This document shows, piece by piece, positions 9,429-19,354 of a stretch of 64,000 nucleotides of DNA; position 1 is the stretch's first letter; each line of letters opens with the position of its first letter. The DNA lies in the sequence record LR756501.1. The stretch is one strand, 5' to 3'. The translations under genes and the position numbers were made by a program. The notes beneath the pieces were generated by a model. That model saw only the letters and a list, made by a program, of their open reading frames with translations. It did no database searches and was not told the origin of the DNA.

Positions 9429-9952
9429 AATTTTGCGATTTCTTTTAGGAAAAATTCTTTAATTTTTATTGAATTATCAGTCATTTCTGGGTGTCCTTGA
9501 AAAGCAAGAACAGGTTTAGATTTGTGTCGCATAAAGGTAAGAATATTGTTCTTAACTTCACCAACAAAGTTTTCAGGAATTTTATCAAAATAATACGAGT
9601 GATTATAAAACATATTATAATCACCGTTAACAAAATGAAATCCCTCATTTAATTTCCTGTTGTAATTATTTGGAAACTTATTGTATATTAAAGTTTCGTC
9701 GTAAACAAGACAAAGAATTTGAAGTCCAAGACAGATACCAAGAACTGGTTTGTTAGTAATTTTCAACCATTCTTTTTCTTCTTTTATGTTATCACCTGTA
9801 ATATCAATAGGTCCACCTGAAAGAACAATATAGTCGTATGTCTCACATCTTTCAGCGTTAAAGTTAGCGTAGTTCATCACGTCACAACCTTTAAAAAGTT
9901 GAATGAGTCTACCAATATATTTGGTATTGTGGTTTATAATAAGTCCTGCCAT
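9425..9952 (-). CDS. Class I glutamine amidotransferase
   Basis: VLSGGP, LGICLGLQ nucleophile elbow, QGHPE triad. Confidence 0.9.
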   Translation of the reverse strand: MAGLIINHNTKYIGRLIQLFKGCDVMNYANFNAERCETYDYIVLSGGPIDITGDNIKEEKEWLKITNKPVLGICLGLQILCLVYDETLIYNKFPNNYNRKLNEGFHFVNGDYNMFYNHSYYFDKIPENFVGEVKNNILTFMRHKSKPVLAFQGHPEMTDNSIKIKEFFLKEIAKL

Positions 9953-9955
9953 AGA

Positions 9956-10330
9956 TTAAAAATAAATTATTTCTTCTGGAAAATATTGAATCAATGTTGA
10001 ATATAGATATGGTTTACATTGACTCCCCCCTTTATTATTAGTTAATGTTATTTTCCCGTCTTTCACCAAATCAAACTCTTCTTGTGTTAAGTTAACGTCG
10101 TTAACAAATCCTTCTTTACCAGCTCTATGTGATACAAAAGTACCATTAAATATATCATCCAATAATGTTGAATCCTCTTCATTAATTATCCAGTACCTGT
10201 GATCTTTGTAAGAATACTCATCTTTATAAGCGTACTTGACTATTTTCAAATATGGGTCAATTTTCATTTCTTCGTCTGAAAATTGACCTTTTGAGTACCA
10301 TCTAACCCTTGTTATAGCAGTCTGTTTCAC
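9956..10330 (-). CDS. Hypothetical protein with VRWYSKGQF motif
   Basis: N-terminal motif shared with four other ORFs. Confidence 0.65.
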   Translation of the reverse strand: MKQTAITRVRWYSKGQFSDEEMKIDPYLKIVKYAYKDEYSYKDHRYWIINEEDSTLLDDIFNGTFVSHRAGKEGFVNDVNLTQEEFDLVKDGKITLTNNKGGSQCKPYLYSTLIQYFPEEIIYF

Positions 10331-10686
10331 TGGTAGAATTCTATTTTATCTTCTTCCAAGATCTTTTTCAAATCTGAATATCTCCATTTATAATCATTAT
10401 TATGGCAAGTTATCCAAACGTTGTTCAATTTTATATTGATAATATCTTTATGTGTTAAAGGCTCGAATCTTTTCAGATATACATTATATCCAAATGTAAT
10501 AGGATCAGTCTTACTCAGAGAATTAACTAAATCGATAGTTTCATTATTTATAACACCAATGAAAAACCTGTGTTTTTCAAATGAACGAGGATCAAAACTT
10601 CTAACTTTTACGATAGTGAACACACCAACAGCGTCCGAATTTTCATCGGGCACTAATCTACCGTGTTCGTACCATTTTATTGCCAT
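10327..10686 (-). CDS. Hypothetical protein with IKWYEHGRL motif
   Basis: N-terminal motif shared with four other ORFs. Confidence 0.65.
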   Translation of the reverse strand: MAIKWYEHGRLVPDENSDAVGVFTIVKVRSFDPRSFEKHRFFIGVINNETIDLVNSLSKTDPITFGYNVYLKRFEPLTHKDIINIKLNNVWITCHNNDYKWRYSDLKKILEEDKIEFYQ

Positions 10687-10893
10687 TTATTCCCAATATT
10701 TTTCACTCAATTGTTGTAATTCACCAACATTCAATTCTTTATCAGATATAATGAATCCAAATGTATCAGATCCTTCTGTTTGTGGATCGTCGTAAAAGAA
10801 AAGACCGAAGTGTTCGATGGCTTTTTCGAAACGATCAATCAAACCAATCATGTCTTTCCAGTCCGCGTGTACAAATTTAACGTTTTTTTCCAT
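10687..10893 (-). CDS. Hypothetical protein
   Basis: In-operon ORF. Confidence 0.6.
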   Translation of the reverse strand: MEKNVKFVHADWKDMIGLIDRFEKAIEHFGLFFYDDPQTEGSDTFGFIISDKELNVGELQQLSEKYWE

Positions 10894-10895
10894 AA

Positions 10896-11570
10896 TTAAA
10901 CATTTTTTATTAAAATAGTTTTGATAATATCAGACACATCTTCAGCAGCGTCTGCACACTTTTCCAGAGTCTGGAATATATCTTTATTCTTTATAATTTC
11001 AAGGAAATTCTCATCTGCCTTATTCTCAAATAATTGACTCATATAAGCGTAAAATATTCTATCTGCTTCGTTTTCAAGTGAATTGAGATTAATACAGGAT
11101 TGTAAGATTAATTCTTTATTTTTAGCGGCGTCCCTTAAATGGAAAACAGCAAATTCAACCTCTTCAGCCATTTTACCAATAACAGTAACAAAGTTTTTGA
11201 ATTCTTCACTTATTTTCTTTGGTTTTGGTTTGTACCATTGAATACGTTGACTAACAGCGTAGATATAATCAAGTACATCGTCCAAATGTGAAGCTAAAGC
11301 GTGAACGTCTTCCCTATCAAATGGAGTTAAGAACGATACATTAAGTTGTTCATATACCTTATGTGTATAGTTATCAGCCTCACCTTCTAATTCTTTTATT
11401 TTGTTGAATATAGCTTCTCTTTCCAGATCTGTTTTCTGGTAGATTAGGTCGTTCAAAAGTTTCGAAGCGGCTAAAGTACATCTAGCTTGTGATTCGAAAA
11501 GAGGAAAGAAAGATTCGTCTTTAGGTACTAAAAATTTCAATCCGTTGTTTATTTTATCAATTACACTCAT
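10896..11570 (-). CDS. DUF47 / PhoU-like phosphate transport regulator
   Basis: IKELEGEAD, FLTPFDREDVHALASHLDDVLD, LENEAD; adjacent to pit. Confidence 0.9.
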   Translation of the reverse strand: MSVIDKINNGLKFLVPKDESFFPLFESQARCTLAASKLLNDLIYQKTDLEREAIFNKIKELEGEADNYTHKVYEQLNVSFLTPFDREDVHALASHLDDVLDYIYAVSQRIQWYKPKPKKISEEFKNFVTVIGKMAEEVEFAVFHLRDAAKNKELILQSCINLNSLENEADRIFYAYMSQLFENKADENFLEIIKNKDIFQTLEKCADAAEDVSDIIKTILIKNV

Positions 11571-11586
11571 ATATTTTTATTATTTT

Positions 11587-12573
11587 TTATAATATCGCAT
11601 TTAATCCCAAATAGATTAACATTCCTAATATTGCTGATATAGGTATGGTTAAAATCCAAGCCCACATTATCTTTGCGGTAACCGTCCACTTTACAGACTG
11701 TAATCCTTTTCTTAAACCAGCTCCCATTATACCACCAGTAATAGTGTGTGTTGTGCTAACAGGTATTCCTAATTGTGTTGCGCCGAATAGTGCTATAGAA
11801 CCAGCAGTTTCAGCGCACACACCCTCAAATGGTTTAAGTTTAGATATTTTTTGTCCCATTGTTTTAATAATTCTCCAACCACCCATAAGTGTACCCAAGG
11901 CAATTACAGCGTGACAAGATAAAACTATCCACATAGCGATAGGATCTGTTTTAGTAGCGTAACCTGTTACAATAAGCGCAACCCAAATAATACCCATCGA
12001 CTTTTGAGCGTCGTTACCACCGTGTCCAAGACTAAAAGCTGAAGCACTCAATAGTTGTAATCTTCTAAACCATTTATCAGCCTTTGGCGCTGGTACCTTT
12101 TTAAATATATTTAAAACCAATATAGATATTAAATATGATAATATCATACCAACAATAGGTGATATGAATATAAACAGAACTATCTTGGTAATACCACTCA
12201 TAACAAGAGCGCCAAAACCAGCTTTAATCACAGTAGCTCCTATTAATCCGCCAACAAGTGTGTGAGAAGAACTAGACGGTAATCCAAGCCACCAAGTAAT
12301 TAAATTCCAAATAATTGCTGCCCCAAGTGCTGCCGCTATTACCGTAAGATTTATAACATCAGGATTTATAACCCCTTTACCCATTGTGGTCGCCACGTGA
12401 AGGCTAAAAATGAAAACTGCCGCGAAATTAAAGAACGCTGCTAGCATCACTGCTTTGAATGGCGACAACACTTTTGTAGATACTACTGTTGCTATAGAGT
12501 TTGCTGAATCGTGAAAACCGTTGATGAAATCAAAAATCAGAACTAATGTGATAATAATAATTAGAAACGTCAT
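11587..12573 (-). CDS. pit: PiT-family inorganic phosphate transporter
   Basis: NGFHDSANSIAT, GLPSSSSH, HGGNDAQKSMG, GIPVSTTH; many TM segments. Confidence 0.95.
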   Translation of the reverse strand: MTFLIIIITLVLIFDFINGFHDSANSIATVVSTKVLSPFKAVMLAAFFNFAAVFIFSLHVATTMGKGVINPDVINLTVIAAALGAAIIWNLITWWLGLPSSSSHTLVGGLIGATVIKAGFGALVMSGITKIVLFIFISPIVGMILSYLISILVLNIFKKVPAPKADKWFRRLQLLSASAFSLGHGGNDAQKSMGIIWVALIVTGYATKTDPIAMWIVLSCHAVIALGTLMGGWRIIKTMGQKISKLKPFEGVCAETAGSIALFGATQLGIPVSTTHTITGGIMGAGLRKGLQSVKWTVTAKIMWAWILTIPISAILGMLIYLGLNAIL

Positions 12574-12577
12574 AAAT

Positions 12578-13099
12578 TTATTTCAGTTTAATTCTTAATC
12601 CCATTCTATCTTTCATGTGAAGAATTGCCTCTGCATTCCCCATTGCGTCATTCAAAGGGTTGTGATCGTGTTTAGTTTTCCTAAACTGTTTCCATCTTGA
12701 TTGTGCGTCTTTAGTCAATCCACAATACAAATCGCCAATCCTTCTTGAAGACCATCCAAATGGATTTGAACCATAATAAACAAGGAAGTAGTAGTTTATC
12801 CAAGAGGCGTCATATCCGTTGTTATCTGATATGAGAATAGGGGCACCGTCTGAATTTGCTGCTATCCAACCAGCAGTTTCCCTCATAACCTTCTCTGGTT
12901 CGTCAAAAGTTAAGTGTTGATCTCTTGAAAATCCACTAATTGCTAATGCTTCTGGAATATAAAAATCTGATATGGGTTTAATTTTACCATAAAAGGTTCT
13001 ATCCAGTTTTGGTTCTATAAGAACAATACCAAAACATACCATAGAGTTTTTCCCTATGATTGGTCCATCTGATTCTACGTCTACTGAAAAATAACTCAT
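12578..13099 (-). CDS. DEDDh 3'-5' exonuclease (Rv2179c-like exoribonuclease)
   Basis: SVDVESDGP, YDASW, HNPLNDA. Confidence 0.8.
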   Translation of the reverse strand: MSYFSVDVESDGPIIGKNSMVCFGIVLIEPKLDRTFYGKIKPISDFYIPEALAISGFSRDQHLTFDEPEKVMRETAGWIAANSDGAPILISDNNGYDASWINYYFLVYYGSNPFGWSSRRIGDLYCGLTKDAQSRWKQFRKTKHDHNPLNDAMGNAEAILHMKDRMGLRIKLK

Positions 13100-13103
13100 A
13101 ATT

Positions 13104-13520
13104 TTATTTTATTACGTCACCAACTTGATAATTAGACAATGTAACATCATCAATGGTAACAATTTTACCTTTTCTATCTTTTACTTTTAAAACTTGACCG
13201 TACCTTCCGCCTTTACCAATAACCGTAACTGGTGATTTTAACCTCATCAAAGTTTTATCAATGGCTTTAAATGTTGGTCTAGTCTCTGGAACTATAACAG
13301 TACCAGGGATAACGGAGCTTAAAGAATTATCTCTACAAGTATAGGTAATTCCGTTTCCGTCTCTTACCTTATATACGCGATTTCCGTTAATGTTTGGAGC
13401 CGATCTCGAAACGAGAGTAACAGGCGGAGTCAATCTATTTACAGTATCATCGATTGTAATGTATTTACTACAAGACGATAAAGTTAGCAGTGCTACAAAT
13501 AATACAAATAACTTTTTCAT
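13104..13520 (-). CDS. Predicted lipoprotein with internal two-fold repeat
   Basis: Lipobox LSSC; PVTLVSRS..KVRD..G / PVTVIGKG..KVKD..G repeat. Confidence 0.65.
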   Translation of the reverse strand: MKKLFVLFVALLTLSSCSKYITIDDTVNRLTPPVTLVSRSAPNINGNRVYKVRDGNGITYTCRDNSLSSVIPGTVIVPETRPTFKAIDKTLMRLKSPVTVIGKGGRYGQVLKVKDRKGKIVTIDDVTLSNYQVGDVIK

Positions 13521-13525
13521 AGTTT

Positions 13526-13837
13526 TTATTTATTAAATGAAATTGTATCTTTAGTTGAATATTTTGGTTTAATTGAATCTTCAATTTTAGCTCCCCAATT
13601 AGGAAGTTCCATGTTGTGGGCAAAAGTGTAAAAATAATCACCTTTCTGGTAAACAGTATCAACTATCCATTTTTGAGTTCTTTCCTGAACAACAGACTGT
13701 TTATCACGATTGATTTTATCTTTAACGAGAAATATAGAAAGATAAATAAACGCCAGTCCACATATAGTCAATGCTACTATTGTAGCAACACAGCGTAATT
13801 TTTGTAATCTTGTTTTTGGAAAGTATAATTGGCTCAT
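13526..13837 (-). CDS. Single-TM membrane protein
   Basis: N-terminal hydrophobic helix. Confidence 0.6.
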   Translation of the reverse strand: MSQLYFPKTRLQKLRCVATIVALTICGLAFIYLSIFLVKDKINRDKQSVVQERTQKWIVDTVYQKGDYFYTFAHNMELPNWGAKIEDSIKPKYSTKDTISFNK

Positions 13838-14082
13838 ACTAAAGCAAGTTTAAATGGTGAATAATTAAAATTAAATAACCAAGAAAGTCGCCTACTACCC
13901 TCATCGTCCTTTTTCTCTAAAGCATTTTCCATTCTCTCTACAATAATATCAAGTTTGAAATTATCACAATAAAGATTGTAAACGTTAGAAATCTTCGATC
14001 CTAAAACAGCACACATGTTGTCTTTCTTTGGTCTGATGTAAATACAATGATTACAGTTCTTTTTCTTGAAATCGCTCATCAT
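13834..14082 (-). CDS. Small Cys-rich protein
   Basis: CNHC...C...C. Confidence 0.6.
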   Translation of the reverse strand: MMSDFKKKNCNHCIYIRPKKDNMCAVLGSKISNVYNLYCDNFKLDIIVERMENALEKKDDEGSRRLSWLFNFNYSPFKLALV

Positions 14083-14148
14083 TTTCTACATAGATTATTT
14101 TTGGTTCGACACTATATATAAACGAAAAATCTTCTTTCTTTTCAAATA

Positions 14149-14156
14149 CAAAAGTA
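14149..14156 (-). promoter_or_regulatory. Bacteroidota-type -7 element TACTTTTG
   Basis: Intergenic, heads the 14082 block. Confidence 0.55.
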
Positions 14157-14191
14157 AGAAGATTTTTCTTAAAATAAAAATAAATTTAAAA

Positions 14192-15631
14192 TTAACTCTT
14201 TAAATCGAAACTAAAATAACTCCACTCGGGATGTTGTCCGAAGGCGTAAAAATCAAAACTCAAATTAATACCAGATATATCATCATCTGAGTACTCAAAG
14301 TTGGTCAACGTATTCTTATTTATTACCAAATTAATACCCACTTCACTCTCTTTTGGTGTTCTACCTACAATTACTGTATCACCAAGATCGTTATTAGCAA
14401 CTAAATCAAAATTGAAATGATCTGATGTTTTGTTATATTTGAAAGTTTTACCGTCATTTCTCCAATGTCCACTTGATGCTTCAACTATAAGATCTATATT
14501 TTTCTTTGAAGCTAAAATGAACGTCGCTGGACCTCGTCTGCTTTTAACCTGTATATAATTAGAAATCATTGATATTCTATTACATATTTTAGTGTTAGAA
14601 TCTTTATTTCTATTATCAGAAGAAGAATCTACAACTAATTCTGTTTTAAGTTTAGTGTTAGAATCCTCAATGTTCTTATCAGCTAACTCCCTGACTTTTT
14701 TAAGAAATTCATCGTTAATGAAATCTTTTATACCAATATCAATCCTTGTATTTGTTAAAGGAATCAATCGATCTTTCATTCTACCAACAGCGTTAAATAA
14801 TCTAACCTCTATGGTGGGAATAGATGCGTTTGCTAAATCATCTGGAAATTTATTTATAGGATCAGTGGCTTTCACAGAATCTCCTTCGTTTAATACAAAA
14901 TCTAAATAAGCGGCATTGAATTTGTTATCACTAATAGAGTAAACACCATATAAACCAAGTTTTTGTAAATCCTTAGCAATTGGTGGCATATTATCACCCA
15001 CATTCTCTTTACTCTTCTCGATAATATCTTTTGATAGTTTCTTACCAACGTATTCACCTCCAAATAATTTTAAATCAAGACTCTTATCTATTTCCTTTTG
15101 AAATTTTGGATCTCTCTTCAAAGATTCTTTCAATCTTTGTGCTTGTTTTTCGTGATATTCGTTATCAAAAACAAATTTGTTTCCATCAAATTGTTTCCAT
15201 ATATCATTATCAGATCTTATTTTCATTTCGTTCAAGACTTGATCTCCACTCATCATTGGTGATCTTCCCAGTTTTTCGTAATTAGGTATTTCATTGAAAC
15301 AAGAAACAAAACCCTTACTCTTTTCTTTTGATTTATTCAAAGAATCTAAAACACAATCCCTACCAGGTGTATCTTCACAATTTTCTAATATCATTTTTTG
15401 TAAAGCACTTATATCATGTGGTTTTTCACCAGGTTTAACAGTTTTCTTGCTTCTATCTGAATAATCAACTTCTGTTACACTACAATCTGGTTCCAATCTA
15501 TAACCTTTTACACATGACGGATTATTTTTCAATATTCTCGCTGTTAATTCATTCAATTCAGATATGTCTTTCTTATACTGTTCATAATCGAAATTAGTTT
15601 CATCTATTTCGTAACTACTTATTTTTCCCAT
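14192..15631 (-). CDS. Hypothetical protein with gp23-like (major capsid) C-terminal segment
   Basis: RISMISNYIQVKSRRGPATFILAS resembles T4 gp23 RGxGNFIIAS region (from memory). Confidence 0.45.
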   Translation of the reverse strand: MGKISSYEIDETNFDYEQYKKDISELNELTARILKNNPSCVKGYRLEPDCSVTEVDYSDRSKKTVKPGEKPHDISALQKMILENCEDTPGRDCVLDSLNKSKEKSKGFVSCFNEIPNYEKLGRSPMMSGDQVLNEMKIRSDNDIWKQFDGNKFVFDNEYHEKQAQRLKESLKRDPKFQKEIDKSLDLKLFGGEYVGKKLSKDIIEKSKENVGDNMPPIAKDLQKLGLYGVYSISDNKFNAAYLDFVLNEGDSVKATDPINKFPDDLANASIPTIEVRLFNAVGRMKDRLIPLTNTRIDIGIKDFINDEFLKKVRELADKNIEDSNTKLKTELVVDSSSDNRNKDSNTKICNRISMISNYIQVKSRRGPATFILASKKNIDLIVEASSGHWRNDGKTFKYNKTSDHFNFDLVANNDLGDTVIVGRTPKESEVGINLVINKNTLTNFEYSDDDISGINLSFDFYAFGQHPEWSYFSFDLKS

Positions 15632-15705
15632 AATCTTAATTTATTTTTACGTATATATAAAGAATATTATGTCATAAATGACAGAAATGATATATATTTT
15701 TTTAA

Positions 15706-16650
15706 TTATCCTAGAATACCTTCGCCAATTATTTTTATACTTTTGACTTTTGAAACAATACTACTTCCGTCGAATTTTTTAAATATAGTGGCTGGATCTT
15801 CTGTTAATATAAACATAGGATCACTATCAATAAATTTAACTTTACATATTACTCTATGTAGATTTTTATTTTCTTCTTGGGGTAAAGGGGGATCAATTTT
15901 AGTTTTATTGATTGGTTTTTCTTCTTCTTTTGGTTGTTCTATTGGTTTTTCTTCTTTATTATTTTTCTTTTTCTTTTCGATGACTTCAACCATTAAGTTA
16001 TCAAATTTGATAGGTTTTTCATTAATTCTATGTAATCCAATATTAATTCCTAAACCAAAAGAACACTTATTACTTTCAATATATTCTTTGAATTTAATTA
16101 TATCATTACCAAAGAAAAATATCAAATTTTGTCTGTTGAAACTAAATACTGGGAAATCATCTTTATCAAAGTATTCAAAAAATAAATCACAATCTCCGAT
16201 GTTTATGTATATTGGTCTTCTTTTTTCACCCGATGATACCAATTTATCTTTAAATAATCTTCTTTCTCTTTCATCGCTAGGTGCCAATTTTAAAAATATA
16301 TTTGGATCTTCATCTTCTTCAATGTCTTCTATTTTCTTTGCTTGTTCTGTAAATGATTTGGCTTCTTTATTTAAGAAAAAATTAAAATTTTTCATTGCTT
16401 CATTCAATAAAGCTATGTCTTCTATCTTTTCTTTTAAGTCTTTCTCTGTGTAAATTTTATTTGAAGTTGGTTTTAGATTTTTTAAATCTTCCAATATAGA
16501 ATTTTCACTGGATAAATCTCTTACCACTGTACTCTGTGATTCCCACTCTTTTAAAATTTCATCTGATTCCTTCTCAATCTTATCGATTTTTTCTTCAACT
16601 GTCTCTTTATTATCTAATTTAATATTAGATGTACTCTGTTTCTTTCTCAT
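15706..16650 (-). CDS. Hypothetical protein with K/E/P-rich linker
   Basis: Long ORF; EEKPIEQPKEEEKP linker. Confidence 0.7.
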   Translation of the reverse strand: MRKKQSTSNIKLDNKETVEEKIDKIEKESDEILKEWESQSTVVRDLSSENSILEDLKNLKPTSNKIYTEKDLKEKIEDIALLNEAMKNFNFFLNKEAKSFTEQAKKIEDIEEDEDPNIFLKLAPSDERERRLFKDKLVSSGEKRRPIYINIGDCDLFFEYFDKDDFPVFSFNRQNLIFFFGNDIIKFKEYIESNKCSFGLGINIGLHRINEKPIKFDNLMVEVIEKKKKNNKEEKPIEQPKEEEKPINKTKIDPPLPQEENKNLHRVICKVKFIDSDPMFILTEDPATIFKKFDGSSIVSKVKSIKIIGEGILG

Positions 16651-16733
16651 AATATACTATTATTTTCTAGTATATATTAACAAAAAAATGTCATAATTGT
16701 TAAAAATGTTATGATTAAAATTTAGGGCGTAAA

Positions 16734-16767
16734 AAAAGTGCAGCAATCTGTGACCGCTAGCACTTTT
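16734..16767 (-). terminator. Rho-independent terminator
   Basis: AAAAGTGC...GCACTTTT inverted repeat plus T-run downstream of 16785 ORF. Confidence 0.7.
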
Positions 16768-16784
16768 GTTTAGCGATGATACGC

Positions 16785-17054
16785 TTAGGCTTCAGTTATT
16801 GATGTGACTATTGCATCATACCCGAAGTAGTTTGTCCAGTATGTTGTTCCTGATACGAGTTGATAACAATTCATTAATCTCCCACCGTCATTTGACCATC
16901 TTCCAGCGTCTTGTGTATATGACGCGGGTGTTCCATAACTCTTCTCTACGCAAAATCTAGTAACTGTAGCTTGATCTGCTCTGAGTGGAAGGGCGTCGAA
17001 ATACCAACTTCCGTATGAAGATGTAATTGTTAATCCTGTTGTAATTACTGACAT
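16785..17054 (-). CDS. Small T/S/Y-rich hypothetical protein, possibly virion
   Basis: Own intergenic leader and terminator; composition. Confidence 0.6.
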   Translation of the reverse strand: MSVITTGLTITSSYGSWYFDALPLRADQATVTRFCVEKSYGTPASYTQDAGRWSNDGGRLMNCYQLVSGTTYWTNYFGYDAIVTSITEA

Positions 17055-17137
17055 AATTTTATATTTATTTTTTCATTGTATGGCTTATGTACAAACAACT
17101 CAAGAATGAGATTTATTTCGTCTCTGATTCGAAACAC

Positions 17138-17614
17138 TTATCTCTTCCAGTTCTTGAAGTTTCTAACATTTTCCTGAATACCTTCGCCCTCTTCATCATC
17201 AATGATTTCATCGTCTTCAATATCGTCAACGATTTCTTCGTCATCGTCATCTAGGTCGACTTCTTCACCTTCTTCATCGCCTTCAAATCCATCAAAATAA
17301 TCTTCAATGAATTCTTGTACTTCTTCTGGTTCTTCACCGTCTTCGATGATTTGATCAATCAAAGCTTTCAATTGTTCTTGCCAATCTGAATCTTCGATTC
17401 CGTCGCCTTCGTCTTCCACTTCTTCGATATCGTCATCGATAATCTCATCATCTTCAATGATTTCATCGTCGTCGAGAAGTTCGTCTTCGTCTTGAATATA
17501 TTTCTTTTCAAGAACGTCGACACCTATCTCTGTTCTTTTCGTTTTCTTTGGTTCTTTAGCTTTCCAGCTTTTATCAAAATCAGAGAAACTTAATAAATTT
17601 TGTACTTTTTCCAT
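17138..17614 (-). CDS. Highly acidic D/E-rich protein with degenerate CTS-like start
   Basis: LLSFSDF start; DDDEIIEDDEIIDDD repeats. Confidence 0.75.
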   Translation of the reverse strand: MEKVQNLLSFSDFDKSWKAKEPKKTKRTEIGVDVLEKKYIQDEDELLDDDEIIEDDEIIDDDIEEVEDEGDGIEDSDWQEQLKALIDQIIEDGEEPEEVQEFIEDYFDGFEGDEEGEEVDLDDDDEEIVDDIEDDEIIDDEEGEGIQENVRNFKNWKR

Positions 17615-17630
17615 TTTTATTTTTTTATTT

Positions 17631-18059
17631 TTATATTAACCCATAAGAATAGGCTAAAGCATTGATTTTTTCTTCATTCGGTATTTTAATACCGTTAATA
17701 ACTTCTTCTTTATCATCTGGATTTGACCAATCCAAATATCCGTTATATATTAATTCACATAAGTCTTTTTCTGGCATTTCTAAATATTTAGATAAACCAT
17801 CTAAATAAAATCTAGCCATATCAAAATCCCCGTCACCTGAATTATATCTACCATTTTTTTCATTCACCTTATCTAAACAAACTGGTCTATCTGGTTTTGG
17901 TTTAGGTTTGGACGGTGGTCCTATTGGGCGACCAGGTTTACCAGGTCTTCCAGGTAAAGGTCTTTGGGGCCCAATTCTTCTTGGCCCTCCTATGTTTCTA
18001 ATACCTTCACTCTTCATTCCTGAAGCTACAAATTGATCGTATGTTTGCATGTTTCCCAT
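17631..18059 (-). CDS. Pro/Gly/Arg-rich protein with CTS-like start
   Basis: MQTYDQFVAS; GPRRIGPQRPLPGRPGKPGRP. Confidence 0.7.
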   Translation of the reverse strand: MGNMQTYDQFVASGMKSEGIRNIGGPRRIGPQRPLPGRPGKPGRPIGPPSKPKPKPDRPVCLDKVNEKNGRYNSGDGDFDMARFYLDGLSKYLEMPEKDLCELIYNGYLDWSNPDDKEEVINGIKIPNEEKINALAYSYGLI

Positions 18060-18120
18060 TAATAAGACACAATTTTTTATGTATATATTAAACTTTTTTT
18101 CTCGTTTTTTGCGGGCATAA

Positions 18121-18146
18121 AAAAACCAGCCAATTGGCTGGTTTTT
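18121..18146. terminator. Palindromic (bidirectional-type) terminator
   Basis: AAAAACCAGCC-AATT-GGCTGGTTTTT. Confidence 0.75.
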
Positions 18147-18148
18147 CT

Positions 18149-18340
18149 TTACATTTCATCTATTTTTTCAAATAGTTTTTTCTTTTCGTGTTCCCACAGT
18201 TCAGAATTTATATTTTCTACAAGATGTTTTATTTTTTCTTTCATCTTAGCTTTTTCTGTTTCTGTTTCCCTTTCCAAGATAGTAGGTATCTCAGCGTTAT
18301 AATACATATCTAAATACATTTTAATTCTATCTGCTTTCAT
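18149..18340 (-). CDS. Hypothetical protein
   Basis: In-operon ORF. Confidence 0.55.
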   Translation of the reverse strand: MKADRIKMYLDMYYNAEIPTILERETETEKAKMKEKIKHLVENINSELWEHEKKKLFEKIDEM

Positions 18341-18351
18341 GTTTTTAAATT

Positions 18352-19020
18352 TTATTTTGTTTCTAAAATTGAATTTAACTCGCTTAATGTAACTAATTCT
18401 ATTAAAATTGGTTCGTTTGCTATTTCGTAAGCTTCATTCAAACTTGAAGCATTTATAAATTTTATACCATCTATATCCATTACACCGTGGCAATCGTGTA
18501 GATGTCCAAAACAATGAATCTTTGGTTTAATTCTATTCATAACAGATTCATATAAAGTATGAGATCCAATATTGTTTTTACCCCAAGGCGATAAATCCAT
18601 TATATTGGCTGGTGGACCGTGAGTAATTAATACGTCAACACCAGTCGGCACTTTATCCCAATACTTTGTGATTTGTTCACCAGTCCTGTTAAAAGCCCAG
18701 TTACGAAAAGGTAAAGTGACTGGGGTTCCCCAAAAAGTAACTCCATCTATTTCACAACCACTATTTTCCAAATAAATAACGTTATCTGGCATCAACTCTT
18801 TAATTCTCTTACTGTTCCTTTCAAAAAGAAAATCGTGATTACCAGCAATGAAGATTTTATATTTACATTGATCTAATGATTTAAACCAATCAAGAAACTC
18901 CACAACGCTATGTTCTTTACCAAGAGAAGTGACGTCTCCACAATGGATTAACACGTCACATCCTGGTATAACTAATTCAGCGTGCTCACCGTGAGTATCA
19001 CTAATAAAACAAATTTTCAT
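18352..19020 (-). CDS. Calcineurin-like metallophosphoesterase
   Basis: SDTH, GD, GNHD, THGPP, GHLH. Confidence 0.92.
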   Translation of the reverse strand: MKICFISDTHGEHAELVIPGCDVLIHCGDVTSLGKEHSVVEFLDWFKSLDQCKYKIFIAGNHDFLFERNSKRIKELMPDNVIYLENSGCEIDGVTFWGTPVTLPFRNWAFNRTGEQITKYWDKVPTGVDVLITHGPPANIMDLSPWGKNNIGSHTLYESVMNRIKPKIHCFGHLHDCHGVMDIDGIKFINASSLNEAYEIANEPILIELVTLSELNSILETK

Positions 19021-19202
19021 AAATTATTCCAATCTTTATTTAGTTTAATAACATCGTTACATAGTATAAACTTACCAAAAAATAATATCCAATACTCATC
19101 CATACGTCTAAAATCAAATCTCCAACGATCTTCTTTTAGATATATGATGGTCCATTTAGACCAGAATATCCAATATTTTTTGTCTCCGTTCATATCATCC
19201 AA
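19017..19202 (-). CDS. Small Trp-rich hypothetical protein
   Basis: In-operon ORF. Confidence 0.55.
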   Translation of the reverse strand: MDDMNGDKKYWIFWSKWTIIYLKEDRWRFDFRRMDEYWILFFGKFILCNDVIKLNKDWNNL

Positions 19203-19353
19203 AAATCCAAAATCCTAATCCTATCAATATAATAACAACTATTATTACTACAAAAACAGGACTAGCTTCTTCTAATTCTTTATCTGTGCCGTAAAAATTG
19301 AACATCATCATGTTTTTCAATTTTTCACCGTCTTCACCGTCAAACCATCCCAT
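19195..19353 (-). CDS. 52-aa membrane protein (not in ORF track)
   Basis: MGWFDGEDG...PVFVVIIVVIILIGLGFWIFG; fills the gap exactly. Confidence 0.65.
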   Translation of the reverse strand: MGWFDGEDGEKLKNMMMFNFYGTDKELEEASPVFVVIIVVIILIGLGFWIFG

Positions 19354-19354
19354 A

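Noticed and set aside
14101-14110. GGTTCGA resembling a tRNA T-loop
   Set aside because: No cloverleaf stems in the flanks; no tRNA found anywhere in the window.
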